NCBI GenBank assembly: GCA_003221005.1 | Contig: QHTZ01000039.1 | Coordinates: forward strand, 1 to 17,973 | Length of the DNA: 17,973 nucleotides | Direction of reading: 5' to 3' | From: Gemmatimonadota bacterium | GTDB taxonomy: Bacteria; Gemmatimonadota; Gemmatimonadetes; Gemmatimonadales; GWC2-71-9 | Part shown: one piece after another, positions 1-8,760 of the stretch | How positions within the stretch are numbered: the first letter of the stretch is position 1 | Layout of the letters: every line of letters begins with the position of its first letter | Translations under genes and position numbers: made by a program | The notes under the pieces: model-generated | Told to the model about the DNA's origin: nothing | Database searches by the model: none | Seen by the model: only the letters and a program-made list of their open reading frames with translations

Positions 1-15
1 CGCATTCGTCCCTCC
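1..15 (-). other. Probable RBS and start codon of a gene running off the left window edge
   Basis: Minus strand reads GGAGG (15-11), 5 nt, ATG (5-3), shortly after the stop of the 33..281 gene. Only one full codon is visible. Confidence 0.45.
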
Positions 16-32
16 AGGCGCACTCCTACCGC

Positions 33-281
33 TCACTCATCCAGCGGCTCAGCGAACACCTCGGCGCCCCCATCCGGCCCGTAGCGCACCGTCACGCGCC
101 ACGGCCGGCAGCACACCTGGCAGTCCTCCACGTATTCCTGGGTCGGCCCGCCCCCTGGATCGAGGCCGATCTCGTTCTCTTCGCCGCAGTGCGGACAAAT
201 CACGATCCCTCGCGTCTCGGTCGCGCCGTCGCCGGGCGGGAAGTCGTCGTCGTCGAGCGGGTCGAAGCCGGGGTCGTCCAT
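33..281 (-). CDS. CPXCG-motif cysteine-rich small protein (putative zinc ribbon), 82 aa
   Basis: Start trimmed to MDDPG at 281. Contains CPHCGE and YVEDCQVCCRPW, the signature of this family, after an acidic N-terminus. Confidence 0.85.
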   Translation of the reverse strand: MDDPGFDPLDDDDFPPGDGATETRGIVICPHCGEENEIGLDPGGGPTQEYVEDCQVCCRPWRVTVRYGPDGGAEVFAEPLDE

Positions 282-355
282 GCCACCTACAATTTGCGGT
301 GAAGATATCGCCGTAGTCGTCTGGCGCACTCCGCGCGCCGCCCGTACACTACCCC

Positions 356-421
356 ATGCCGCCGCCACGCACCAATCCTCTGCGCATTCCCCTCTGGGTC
401 GTCGGCCAGCCGCCCCCCTAG
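356..421 (+). other. Candidate Pro-rich uORF MPPPRTNPLRIPLWVVGQPPP* (21 aa) ahead of the AI-2E transporter
   Basis: ATG 356 to TAG 419-421, in frame with and 6 nt before ATG 428. A -10-like TACACT lies at 345-350. Confidence 0.3.
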
Positions 422-427
422 CCAGAC

Positions 428-1423
428 ATGCCCTTCATCGATACCAATCACCAGCGCGCCGCGCTGCTCGTGCTGGTCCTCGGCCTCAGCCTCGTCATCG
501 CACTCTCGCCGTACGCGACCGGGCTGATCGGCATTCCGGTCCTCTATGTGGTGTTCGCGCCGGTGCATACCTGGCTCTGCAAGCGGCGCGTGCAGCCTCA
601 GCTGGCCGCGAGCCTCGTGGTCGTCCTCGTGCTGTTCGTCATCGTCGTCCCCGGGGTGTCGTTCGCCGGGCTGGTGGTGAATCAGGCGCAGCAGATCGCC
701 GGTGGCGTGGTCCGGAGCCCCCTGCTCGGCCGGCTCTCGGAGCTTCACGTGGGCCAGATCGACGTCGGCTCCCAGCTCGCCGACCTCGGAGCCAAAATCG
801 TCACCTTCATCGGCTCCTCCGCATTCGGCCTGATCGGCACCGCGACACGCCTCGCGCTCAACCTCACGATCTCACTGTTCGGCTTGTTCTACCTGTTGCT
901 CCGGCCCGGAGAGACGTGGACTGCGGTGCGACCCTACATCCCATTCTCCGCCGGGAGCACCGAGAAGCTGCGCGCCCGGTTCCGCGACGTCACCACCTCC
1001 ACGATCATCGGCACCGGCCTCACCGCCGCGATCCAGGGCGCGCTCGTGGGGCTCGGGTTTCAGGTGGCGGGGCTCTCAAACGCGCTGTTCTGGGGCGTCG
1101 TCACGATGGTGTTCGCCATCCTGCCGGTGGTGGGCAGCGGGCTCGTCTGGGCCCCGGGCGCGTTCGCCGTATTTCTCGATCACCGCCCCGCCGCCGCGAT
1201 CGGGCTCGCGCTCTGGGGCGTGATCGTCGTGGGGAACGTGGACTACGTGATCCGGCCGATGGTGTTCCGCCGCTGGGCACACATCCACCCGCTCGTCACC
1301 CTGCTCGGCGCGCTAGCGGGCGTGCCGTACTTCGGCATCCTGGGACTGCTCATCGGGCCGCTCGCGCTGTCGTACTTCTTCGAACTAATAAAGATGTATA
1401 GAGAGGAGTACCTCAGGGCGTAG
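428..1423 (+). CDS. AI-2E (PerM/UPF0118) family transporter, 331 aa
   Basis: Multiple TM segments and family motifs AILPVVGSGLVWAP, DYVIRP, HPLVTLLGALAG and FGILGLLIGP. Confidence 0.92.
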   Translation: MPFIDTNHQRAALLVLVLGLSLVIALSPYATGLIGIPVLYVVFAPVHTWLCKRRVQPQLAASLVVVLVLFVIVVPGVSFAGLVVNQAQQIAGGVVRSPLLGRLSELHVGQIDVGSQLADLGAKIVTFIGSSAFGLIGTATRLALNLTISLFGLFYLLLRPGETWTAVRPYIPFSAGSTEKLRARFRDVTTSTIIGTGLTAAIQGALVGLGFQVAGLSNALFWGVVTMVFAILPVVGSGLVWAPGAFAVFLDHRPAAAIGLALWGVIVVGNVDYVIRPMVFRRWAHIHPLVTLLGALAGVPYFGILGLLIGPLALSYFFELIKMYREEYLRA

Positions 1424-1428
1424 GATGG

Positions 1429-1536
1429 GCAAAAGCTAGAGGCATAGACGCACAGTGGCGGACAGTCGTCAGTTTGAGGACACCCCTCAAAACTCGCACC
1501 TGTGCACCGCTACGCGTCTATCCGTCTAGTCTTTGC
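1429..1536. repeat. Long imperfect inverted repeat (about 50-bp hairpin) between convergent genes
   Basis: 1429-1475 pairs without gaps with 1536-1490 (34 of 47 Watson-Crick by manual count), then 4 more bp after a 1-nt bulge, with a loop at 1480-1484. Confidence 0.75.
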
Positions 1537-1575
1537 ATTGCCTGTTGCTATTCACTCCAGCCTTGTGCCTGATCC

Positions 1576-2904
1576 TTAATGCCTGAATCGCCAGTAGAGG
1601 TAGACTGGCACTCCCAGCAGCAGCAGCCCCCCGCCGATCGCCGCGTTGCGCGGATTGGCGAGCACCGAGCTCGCCACGACATATGCCGCCGCCACGACGA
1701 ACAGTCCGGGCACCCATGGATAGCCGATGGTCCGCAAGGCGCCGGGCGGCGCCGCCACGCCGGCGGCCCGATCCCGCGCTCGATAGACGAATAACGTCGC
1801 CACGGTCAGCCCGAAGAAGATCCAGTCGCCGAACACCACGTAGTCGAGCAGCTGGGCGTAGGTGCCGCTCACCGTGAGCAGGATGGCCCACGCCCCCATG
1901 AACACGATGGCGCCCGTCGGCGTGCGATGTGCGGGGTGCAACCGCGCGAGTCGCTGGAAGAAGACGCCGTCCGCCGCCATCGCCTGGAACACGCGCGGCG
2001 TCACAAGCAGCACGAGGCTCAGGAACCCGAGCGTCGAAACCGCGATCCCGACGCTGATGAGCCGTGTCCCGGGCCGGCCCAGCGCCTGCTGCATCACGGC
2101 CGCCGCCGGCGCGGGCGAGGCGGCGAGCCCCGCGACGCCCAACGCGTGCAGGTAGGCAAGGTTCGCGAGCAGGTACACGGTGACGACGCCGGCCACGCCG
2201 AGCGCGAGCGCGCGCGGCAGATTGCGCTCCGGCGCGATGATCTCCTCGGCGATGAAGTTGGTCTGTTGCCATCCCCCGTACGCGAACAGGATCGGGACGA
2301 GGGCGGTGCCGAGAGCCGCCACAACCCCAACGGCCCCCGCCGGGGCGGTCAGAGGCGGTAGCGGGCGGTAGGGGGCGGCAGGGGGCGTGAACCACAAGCC
2401 CACAGCGATCAGCGCGGCCAACGCCCCGAGCTTGAGAACCGTGAGGACATTGAGAGACAACGAGGCGGGCTTCACACCCACGTAGTTGACGATGCACAGC
2501 ACGACGATCGCGCCGACGGCCACGTGCGTCGTGATCCCGACCGGCAGTCCGAGCAGGGTCACGGCGTAGCCGGCGAAGGTGACGGCTACCGCGGCCGTAG
2601 CGCCGGTCGCGATCACCAGGAGCAACGCCCAGCCGTAGAGAAACGCGGGAAGCGGTCCCAGCGCGTCGCGCAGGTAGACGTACCCGCCGCCGGCTCTGGG
2701 GCTGCGCCGCCCCAACTCCCCGAAACACAGCGCACCCGCGAGTGAGATGAGCCCGCCCAGCACCCACGACACCAGCGTAAGGCCCGGCGTCCGCACGCGT
2801 GCCGCCACCACCGCCGGACTGCGGAAGATCCCGGCGCCAACGATCCCGCCCATCACGGCCATGGTCGCTGAGAAGAGACCGAGGCGGCGGGCGTAGGACG
2901 TCAA
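1576..2904 (-). CDS. APC-superfamily amino acid permease (LAT/SteT-like), 442 aa
   Basis: About 12 TM segments, GGIVGAGIF (TM1), ELG...[15 protein letters not shown] (TM6), EEI..PERNLP. TTG start at 2904. Confidence 0.93.
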   Translation of the reverse strand: MTSYARRLGLFSATMAVMGGIVGAGIFRSPAVVAARVRTPGLTLVSWVLGGLISLAGALCFGELGRRSPRAGGGYVYLRDALGPLPAFLYGWALLLVIATGATAAVAVTFAGYAVTLLGLPVGITTHVAVGAIVVLCIVNYVGVKPASLSLNVLTVLKLGALAALIAVGLWFTPPAAPYRPLPPLTAPAGAVGVVAALGTALVPILFAYGGWQQTNFIAEEIIAPERNLPRALALGVAGVVTVYLLANLAYLHALGVAGLAASPAPAAAVMQQALGRPGTRLISVGIAVSTLGFLSLVLLVTPRVFQAMAADGVFFQRLARLHPAHRTPTGAIVFMGAWAILLTVSGTYAQLLDYVVFGDWIFFGLTVATLFVYRARDRAAGVAAPPGALRTIGYPWVPGLFVVAAAYVVASSVLANPRNAAIGGGLLLLGVPVYLYWRFRH

Positions 2905-3000
2905 GCGAGGGACGGGAGACGAGGGACGGGGGACGGGGATGTCACGGCGCGGAACATAACACCCCTCCCGATTCCCCTTCCGCCTTCCCTCTTCCCTCGC
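2905..3000. repeat. Degenerate heptamer tandem repeats arranged as an imperfect inverted repeat in a divergent intergenic region
   Basis: Left arm GAGGGAC/GGGAGAC/GAGGGAC/GGGGGAC (2907-2934). Right arm ATTCCCC/TTCCGCC/TTCCCTC/TTCCCTC (2971-2998). Outer ends GCGAGGGA and TCCCTCGC are exact complements. Confidence 0.7.
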
Positions 3001-3047
3001 CCCGTACGGTTAATCAGGTTTCCAGCACTCTCCGCGCTGAGGTTCCC

Positions 3048-3503
3048 ATGCCCGCGATTTCATTCGTCCTGAACGGCCGCTCGCGCACCGTCACCGTCGC
3101 GGCCGACACGCCACTGCTCTGGGTGTTGCGCGATACCCTGGGCATGACGGGCACCAAGTTCGGCTGCGGCGTCGCGCAGTGCGGCGCATGTACCGTGCAC
3201 GTGGACGGCGCCGCGACCCGGACGTGCGTACTGCCGGTTTCGAGCGTCGCCGGGAAGCACGTGACCACGATCGAAGGCCTCTCCCCCAATCGCTCGCATC
3301 CGGTGCAGCGCGCCTGGATTGAAGAGGACGTCCCGCAATGCGGCTACTGCCAGTCGGGCCAGATCATGGCCGCGGCCGCCTTGCTCGCCCAGACGGCCCA
3401 CCCGACGGACGCCGATATCGACGAAGCGATGACGAACATCTGCCGCTGCGGGACCTATCAGCGGATTCGCGCCGCCATCCACCGCGCCGCGAAGGGAGCG
3501 TGA
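3048..3503 (+). CDS. (2Fe-2S)-binding small subunit of a molybdenum hydroxylase (IorA/CoxS-like), 151 aa
   Basis: Start MPAISF at ATG 3048. Motifs [24 protein letters not shown] and NICRCGTY bind two [2Fe-2S] clusters. Confidence 0.95.
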   Translation: MPAISFVLNGRSRTVTVAADTPLLWVLRDTLGMTGTKFGCGVAQCGACTVHVDGAATRTCVLPVSSVAGKHVTTIEGLSPNRSHPVQRAWIEEDVPQCGYCQSGQIMAAAALLAQTAHPTDADIDEAMTNICRCGTYQRIRAAIHRAAKGA

Positions 3504-3505
3504 CA

Positions 3506-5641
3506 ATGAGCACTCCGACTCGCGTCACCCGGCGTGAATTCCTCGAGACCGCCGGGGTCGTGGGCGCCGGCCTGGTGATCAGCTTCTACCTCCCGGGCGC
3601 CAGTCGTTTGCGAGCGGCCCCAATGGGCCCGTTCGCGCCCAATGCGTGGGTTCGCATCGGCGCGGATGAGAGTGTCCTGCTGATGGTGGACCGCTCGGAG
3701 ATGGGACAAGGGGTCACGACTTCGCTCCCGATGCTCCTCGCCGAAGAGCTCGAAGCCGACTGGACGAAGGTGCGGATCGAGTTCGCGCCGGCGGCGAAGG
3801 AATACATCAATCCCCTGTTCGGGATGCAGGGCACCGGCGGGAGCACGAGCGTGCGTGCTGGTTGGATGCCGCTGCGCAAGGCGGGGGCAGCGGCGCGTGA
3901 GATGCTCGTCGCCGCGGCAGCCCAGACCTGGAAGGTCAACAAGTCCGAGTGTCGCGCCGAGCGCGGCGCGGTGGTCCACGGACCGACCAAGCGCCGCCTT
4001 ACCTATGGCGCCCTCGCCGCCACTGCGGCGACACTCCCGGTGCCACAGGACGTGCCACTCAAGGATCCCAAAGACTGGAAGATCCTGGGGACGCGCGTGC
4101 GGCGGCTCGACACGCCCCCCAAGGTGGACGGCAGCGCGCAGTTCGGCATCGACGTGAAGGTGCCCGGCATGCTCGTCGCCGTGGTCGCCCGCTGCCCGGT
4201 GTTCGGCGGCAAGGTGGCGAGCTTCGACGCCACGAAGGCCCAGGCGGTCCCCGGGGTGCGCCGGGTCGTCCAGATCTCCTCGGGGGTCGCCGTGCTGGCC
4301 GACGGCTACTGGCCCGCGAAGCAGGGCCGGGACGCGCTCGAGGTGAAATGGGACGAGGGCCCGAACGCCGGCGTCACGAGCGGGAGTATCTCTCGGCTCT
4401 TCGCGCAGCGGGCGGACCAACCAGGTGTCGTGGCGCGCCACGACGGTGATCCTGCTGCCGGGCTCAGCACGGCAGCCTTGAGGGTCGAGGCCCCCTATGA
4501 GCTCCCGTTCCTCGCGCACGCGACGATGGAGCCGATGAACTGCACCGCCCACGTCCGGCCTGACGGCGTGGACATCTGGGCGCCCACCCAGTTCCAGACT
4601 GGCGCCCAGGGGATCGGCGCCCAGATCGGCGGCGTCGCGCCCGACAAAGTGAAGGTCCATACCACGTACCTAGGAGGTGGGTTCGGGCGGCGGTTCGAGC
4701 TCGACTTCATTCAGGAAGCGCTCGAGGCGTCGAAGGCCACCGGCGCGCCGGTGAAGGTCGTCTGGTCGCGCGAGGACGACATCCAGCACGACCTGTACAG
4801 GCCGGCCTGCTACCACCGCCTGGCGGCGGGCCTCGACGCCCAAGGGATACCGGTCGCGTGGACCCACCAGATCGTCGCGCCGTCCATCATGACCCGGGTG
4901 TTTCCCCAGACGGTGAAGAACGGCCTCGACGAGGAGGCAGTCGAGGGCGGCGTCGGGATGCCGTACGGCATTCCCAACGTTCACGTGTCTTATGTACTGA
5001 CAGACACGGGCATCCCGGTGGGGTTCTGGCGCTCGGTGAACAACTCGTTCCACGCATTCGTGGTCGAGAGTTTCGTAGACGAGCTTGCGCACGCGGCGAA
5101 GCGGGATCCCTACGAGTATCGCCGTGACCTGCTGACCAAGGCGCCGCGGCATCTCGGGGTCCTGAACCTCGCCGCGAGCAAGGCGGGCTGGGGCACGGCG
5201 CCGCCGATGGGACGATCTCGGGGCATCGCCGTATGGAAAGCGTTCGACAGCTACGTGGCCCAAGTCGTGGAGATCTCAATCAACGGGGACGGCGAGGTGC
5301 GCGTACACCGGGTGGTATGCGCGGTGGACTGCGGGCCGGTGGTGAACCCGGACACCGTCGAAGCCCAGATGCAGAGCGGCATCGTGTACGGGCTCACGGC
5401 GGCGCTGTGGGGTGAGATCACGATCGACAAGGGTCGAGTGCAGCAGAGCAACTTCCCTGACTATCGGATGCTCAAGATGGCCGAGATGCCCGAGATCGAG
5501 GTGCACATCGTGGCGTCGAGTGACGCGCAGGGTGGCGTCGGCGAGCCGGGCACCCCGCCGATCGCGCCCGCCGTGTGCAACGCGATCTTCGCGGCAACGG
5601 GGAAGCGCCTTCGCAAGCTCCCGATCGGGAAGGTGACGTAG
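3506..5641 (+). CDS. Xanthine dehydrogenase-family molybdopterin-binding subunit (IorB-like) with Tat-type signal, 711 aa
   Basis: ATG 3506 is 2 nt after the small-subunit stop. TRREFL twin-arginine motif, SEMGQGV, TGGSTS, HATMEPMN, LGGGFGRR, WRSV and GVGEPGTPP. Confidence 0.95.
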   Translation: MSTPTRVTRREFLETAGVVGAGLVISFYLPGASRLRAAPMGPFAPNAWVRIGADESVLLMVDRSEMGQGVTTSLPMLLAEELEADWTKVRIEFAPAAKEYINPLFGMQGTGGSTSVRAGWMPLRKAGAAAREMLVAAAAQTWKVNKSECRAERGAVVHGPTKRRLTYGALAATAATLPVPQDVPLKDPKDWKILGTRVRRLDTPPKVDGSAQFGIDVKVPGMLVAVVARCPVFGGKVASFDATKAQAVPGVRRVVQISSGVAVLADGYWPAKQGRDALEVKWDEGPNAGVTSGSISRLFAQRADQPGVVARHDGDPAAGLSTAALRVEAPYELPFLAHATMEPMNCTAHVRPDGVDIWAPTQFQTGAQGIGAQIGGVAPDKVKVHTTYLGGGFGRRFELDFIQEALEASKATGAPVKVVWSREDDIQHDLYRPACYHRLAAGLDAQGIPVAWTHQIVAPSIMTRVFPQTVKNGLDEEAVEGGVGMPYGIPNVHVSYVLTDTGIPVGFWRSVNNSFHAFVVESFVDELAHAAKRDPYEYRRDLLTKAPRHLGVLNLAASKAGWGTAPPMGRSRGIAVWKAFDSYVAQVVEISINGDGEVRVHRVVCAVDCGPVVNPDTVEAQMQSGIVYGLTAALWGEITIDKGRVQQSNFPDYRMLKMAEMPEIEVHIVASSDAQGGVGEPGTPPIAPAVCNAIFAATGKRLRKLPIGKVT

Positions 5642-5688
5642 ATCGGTGCGTGGAAACCGCACGGCACGTCCGGGGTAGACGGTTGCGT

Positions 5689-8600
5689 ATGCGCGCCCCG
5701 CGATCCGGACTGTTCCGTCCCGCCTTGGTCCTCGTCGGGACACTCGCGCTGGTCCTCGGCGCGACTCCGCTGTCGGCTCAGTACTTCGGACGCAACAAGG
5801 TCGAATACGACGACTTCAAGTTCTCGGTCCTAAAAACCGAGCATTTCGACGTCTACTTCTATCCCACCGAGCGCGCCGCGGCTAGCCAAGCGGGCCGCAT
5901 GGCGGAGCGGTGGTACGCCCGCTACTCCCAGCTCCTGGGCTACAAGCTGCGGGGCCGCCAGCCCCTCATTCTCTACGCCAGCCACCCCGAGTTCGAGCAG
6001 ACCAACGCCATCGCCGGCGAGCTAGGTGAGGGAACGGGCGGCGTCACGGAAGTCCTGAAGCGGCGGATCGTACTGCCGCTCGGAGGCTCGCTCGCACAGA
6101 CCGACCACGTCATCGGCCACGAGCTGGTGCACGCCTTCCAGTACGACATCACGGGGCAGGGACTCGGCGTCAACTTCCGGCTGCCGGGCGCCGCGCGGTT
6201 GCCCCTCTGGTTCATCGAAGGAATGGCCGAGTACCTCTCCATCGGCCCGGTGGATCCGAACACGGCGATGTGGCTGCGCGACGCGGCCGAGCACCACAAG
6301 CTCCCCAGCATGCGGCAGCTGTACGACCCGCGCTACTTCCCCTACCGCTACGGCCAGGCGTTCTGGGCGTTCCTCGCCGGCCGCTACGGCGAGTCGATCG
6401 TGGGTGACGTGTTGCGCAAGGCGGGCCGGACCGGGGATGCGGAGCTCACGCTCGCGCAGGTGACCGGCGTCAAGGCCGACTCGCTGGTCAAAGAGTGGCA
6501 CCACGAGATCGAGGCCGCCTACCAGCCGGTGCGCCAGGTGACGCACGTGCCCCAGACGTACGGTCGCCTGCTGGTGGGCGGGGACAAGCGTCCCGGCCTC
6601 AACGTCGCCCCCGCCCTGAGCCCTGACGGCAACGGACTGGCGTTCTTCTCGCAGCGCGGCCTGTTCTCGATCGACCTGTACCTCGCGAACGCGCGCACCG
6701 GTGAGGTCACGCACCGCATCATCGAGACGGCGCTCGACCCCCATTACCAGAGTCTCGAGTTCATCAACTCCTCGGGTGCATGGGACGCGGCCGGCAAGCG
6801 CCTCGCCTTCGGCGCGGTCGTCAACGGCAAGGCGGTGCTCTCCGTGCTCGACGTCGCGAGCCACCGCACGGAGCGCGACATCCCCGTCCCCGACGTCGGG
6901 GAGATCTTCAACCCCACGTGGTCGCCCGACGGGCGCTCGATCGCGTTCGCGGCGCTCGCTCAGGGCTTCAGCGACCTGTTCCGCTACGACCTGGTCGCGA
7001 ACCGGCTGGAGCGCCTGACCAATGACGCGTACGCCGATTTCGAGCCAGCGTGGTCCCCGGACGGCCGCGAGATCGCGTTCGTCACGGACCGCTTCTCCAC
7101 GAACCTCGAGGAGCTGCGGTACGGAAACTACGAACTGGCGCTGCTGGACGCCCAGACCGGCGCGATCCGGCGGCTGGCCGCGTTCGCCGACGCCAAGAAT
7201 ATCAATCCCCAGTGGACTCCGGACGGCCGCAGCCTCTACTTCGTCTCTGACCGCAACGGGATCTCGAATGTGTACCGCATCGAGGTCGCGAGCGGCCGCC
7301 TGTCTCAAGTGACGAACCTGTACACAGGGGCGAGCGGCATCACTGAGCTGAGCCCGGCCCTGTCCGTGGCACAGCAGAGCGGTCGTCTCGTCTACGGCCT
7401 GTACGAGGCGTCGGGCTACAGCCTGTACGCCATTGACTCGGCGCAGACGCTCGCCGGCGGCCCGCTGGCGGAGCCAGCCGCAGGCGTGAATGCGGCGGCG
7501 CTGCCGCCGCTGCAGCGCCTCTCGACTACGCTGGTGGCCGCGCTGCATGACCCCGAGACGGGACTCCCCGCCGACTCGGCTTTCCTCGTCAGGCCGTATA
7601 GCGCCAACCTATCGCTCGACTTTGTGACCCAGCCTTCGCTCGCCGTCGGCGCCGACCGGTTTGGCACCTACGTCGGCGGCGGCGTGGGCATGTACTGGAG
7701 CGACATGCTCGGCAACCACAATCTGGTGACGGCCCTGCAAGCGAACGGCGGGTTCAAGGACATCTCCGCGCTGCTCGCCTACCAGAACTTGAGCCACCGC
7801 TGGAACTGGGGCCTCGCCGCGCAGCAGGTCCCCTATTACTCCGGCGCTTACGGTATCGGCAGCGGCACGGTGTGCACGCCGCAGTGCGAACCCGCCTACA
7901 TCGAACAGGTCAGGCTGTTCCGGCAAACCAACCGCGAGCTCGACCTGATGACCGCTTACCCCTTCAGCTCGGCAGCGCGGGTCGAGTTTTCCGCGGGGAT
8001 CGACAACGTCAGCTTCGACACGCAGATCGAGACGCAGGCGATCTCCCAGATTGATGGGTTCTTGCTCTACGACAGCCTCACGAGCGGGCCCAGCTTCTCG
8101 GACATCAACCTGGGGATCGCGAACGCGGCGTTCGTGTACGACAACGCCTTCTTTGGCGCCACGAGCCCCATCCTCGGCCAGCGGTACCGCCTCGAGGTGT
8201 CGCCCGCAACCGGCACGCTCACCTGGGTGAACCTGCTCGCGGATTACCGCCGCTACTTCATGCCCGTGCGGCCTTTCACCATCGCCGCCCGGATCATGCA
8301 CTACGGCCGCTACGGCAGCGGCGCGGAAGACTACCGGCTCACACCCCTATACCTGGGCTACCCCAGTCTCGTACGGGGCTACGACATCGGCTCGTTCAGC
8401 ACGGCGGAGTGTCCGCAGAGCACGGGCGCCTGCCCCGCGTTCGACCGGCTGCTCGGCTCGCGCCTGTTCGTCGGCAATCTCGAGCTGCGCTTCCCGCTGC
8501 TCGGCGTGCTGGGGTTGGGGAACGGCTACTACGGCGCGTTCCCGATCGAGGCCGCCCTCTTCGCCGACGGCGGCGTCGCGTACTGCCAGGGCGGGAAAGC

Positions 8601-8760
8601 CTCCTTCTGCAGTGGCGACAACAAGCCGGTGTACAGCGCTGGCGCGGCGCTGCGCATCAACGTGTTCGGCTACGCGGTGGGAGAGATCGATTTCGTGCGG
8701 CCGTTCCAGCGCCCGGACAAAGGCTGGTACGTCGAGCTCAGTCTGACTCCGGGCTTTTGA
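5689..8760 (+). CDS. Omp85/BamA-TamA superfamily outer-membrane protein with N-terminal zincin-like domain and PD40/TolB-like propeller, 1023 aa
   Basis: Signal peptide ending LSA|QYFGRNK. HELVH plus WFIEGMAEY. Repeats PALSPDG, PTWSPDG, PAWSPDG, PQWTPDG. C-terminal barrel with VRGY and FADGG motifs and terminal Phe. Confidence 0.88.
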   Translation: MRAPRSGLFRPALVLVGTLALVLGATPLSAQYFGRNKVEYDDFKFSVLKTEHFDVYFYPTERAAASQAGRMAERWYARYSQLLGYKLRGRQPLILYASHPEFEQTNAIAGELGEGTGGVTEVLKRRIVLPLGGSLAQTDHVIGHELVHAFQYDITGQGLGVNFRLPGAARLPLWFIEGMAEYLSIGPVDPNTAMWLRDAAEHHKLPSMRQLYDPRYFPYRYGQAFWAFLAGRYGESIVGDVLRKAGRTGDAELTLAQVTGVKADSLVKEWHHEIEAAYQPVRQVTHVPQTYGRLLVGGDKRPGLNVAPALSPDGNGLAFFSQRGLFSIDLYLANARTGEVTHRIIETALDPHYQSLEFINSSGAWDAAGKRLAFGAVVNGKAVLSVLDVASHRTERDIPVPDVGEIFNPTWSPDGRSIAFAALAQGFSDLFRYDLVANRLERLTNDAYADFEPAWSPDGREIAFVTDRFSTNLEELRYGNYELALLDAQTGAIRRLAAFADAKNINPQWTPDGRSLYFVSDRNGISNVYRIEVASGRLSQVTNLYTGASGITELSPALSVAQQSGRLVYGLYEASGYSLYAIDSAQTLAGGPLAEPAAGVNAAALPPLQRLSTTLVAALHDPETGLPADSAFLVRPYSANLSLDFVTQPSLAVGADRFGTYVGGGVGMYWSDMLGNHNLVTALQANGGFKDISALLAYQNLSHRWNWGLAAQQVPYYSGAYGIGSGTVCTPQCEPAYIEQVRLFRQTNRELDLMTAYPFSSAARVEFSAGIDNVSFDTQIETQAISQIDGFLLYDSLTSGPSFSDINLGIANAAFVYDNAFFGATSPILGQRYRLEVSPATGTLTWVNLLADYRRYFMPVRPFTIAARIMHYGRYGSGAEDYRLTPLYLGYPSLVRGYDIGSFSTAECPQSTGACPAFDRLLGSRLFVGNLELRFPLLGVLGLGNGYYGAFPIEAALFADGGVAYCQGGKASFCSGDNKPVYSAGAALRINVFGYAVGEIDFVRPFQRPDKGWYVELSLTPGF

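Noticed and set aside
2900-2909. Identical CTCGCTTGAC context at both TTG starts (2904 and 9574, minus strand)
   Set aside because: Only a 10-nt match with different upstream sequence, and the SDR has its own SD. Coincidence cannot be excluded.
2905-3000. CRISPR array or transposon end
   Set aside because: The repeats are 7-nt, degenerate and spacer-less. No cas or transposase genes, and no target-site duplication was seen.
3458-7548. Antisense ORFs 3458..4660 and 6022..7548, and similar overlapping ORFs
   Set aside because: They lie opposite well-supported genes and reflect codon bias. No recognisable domains.
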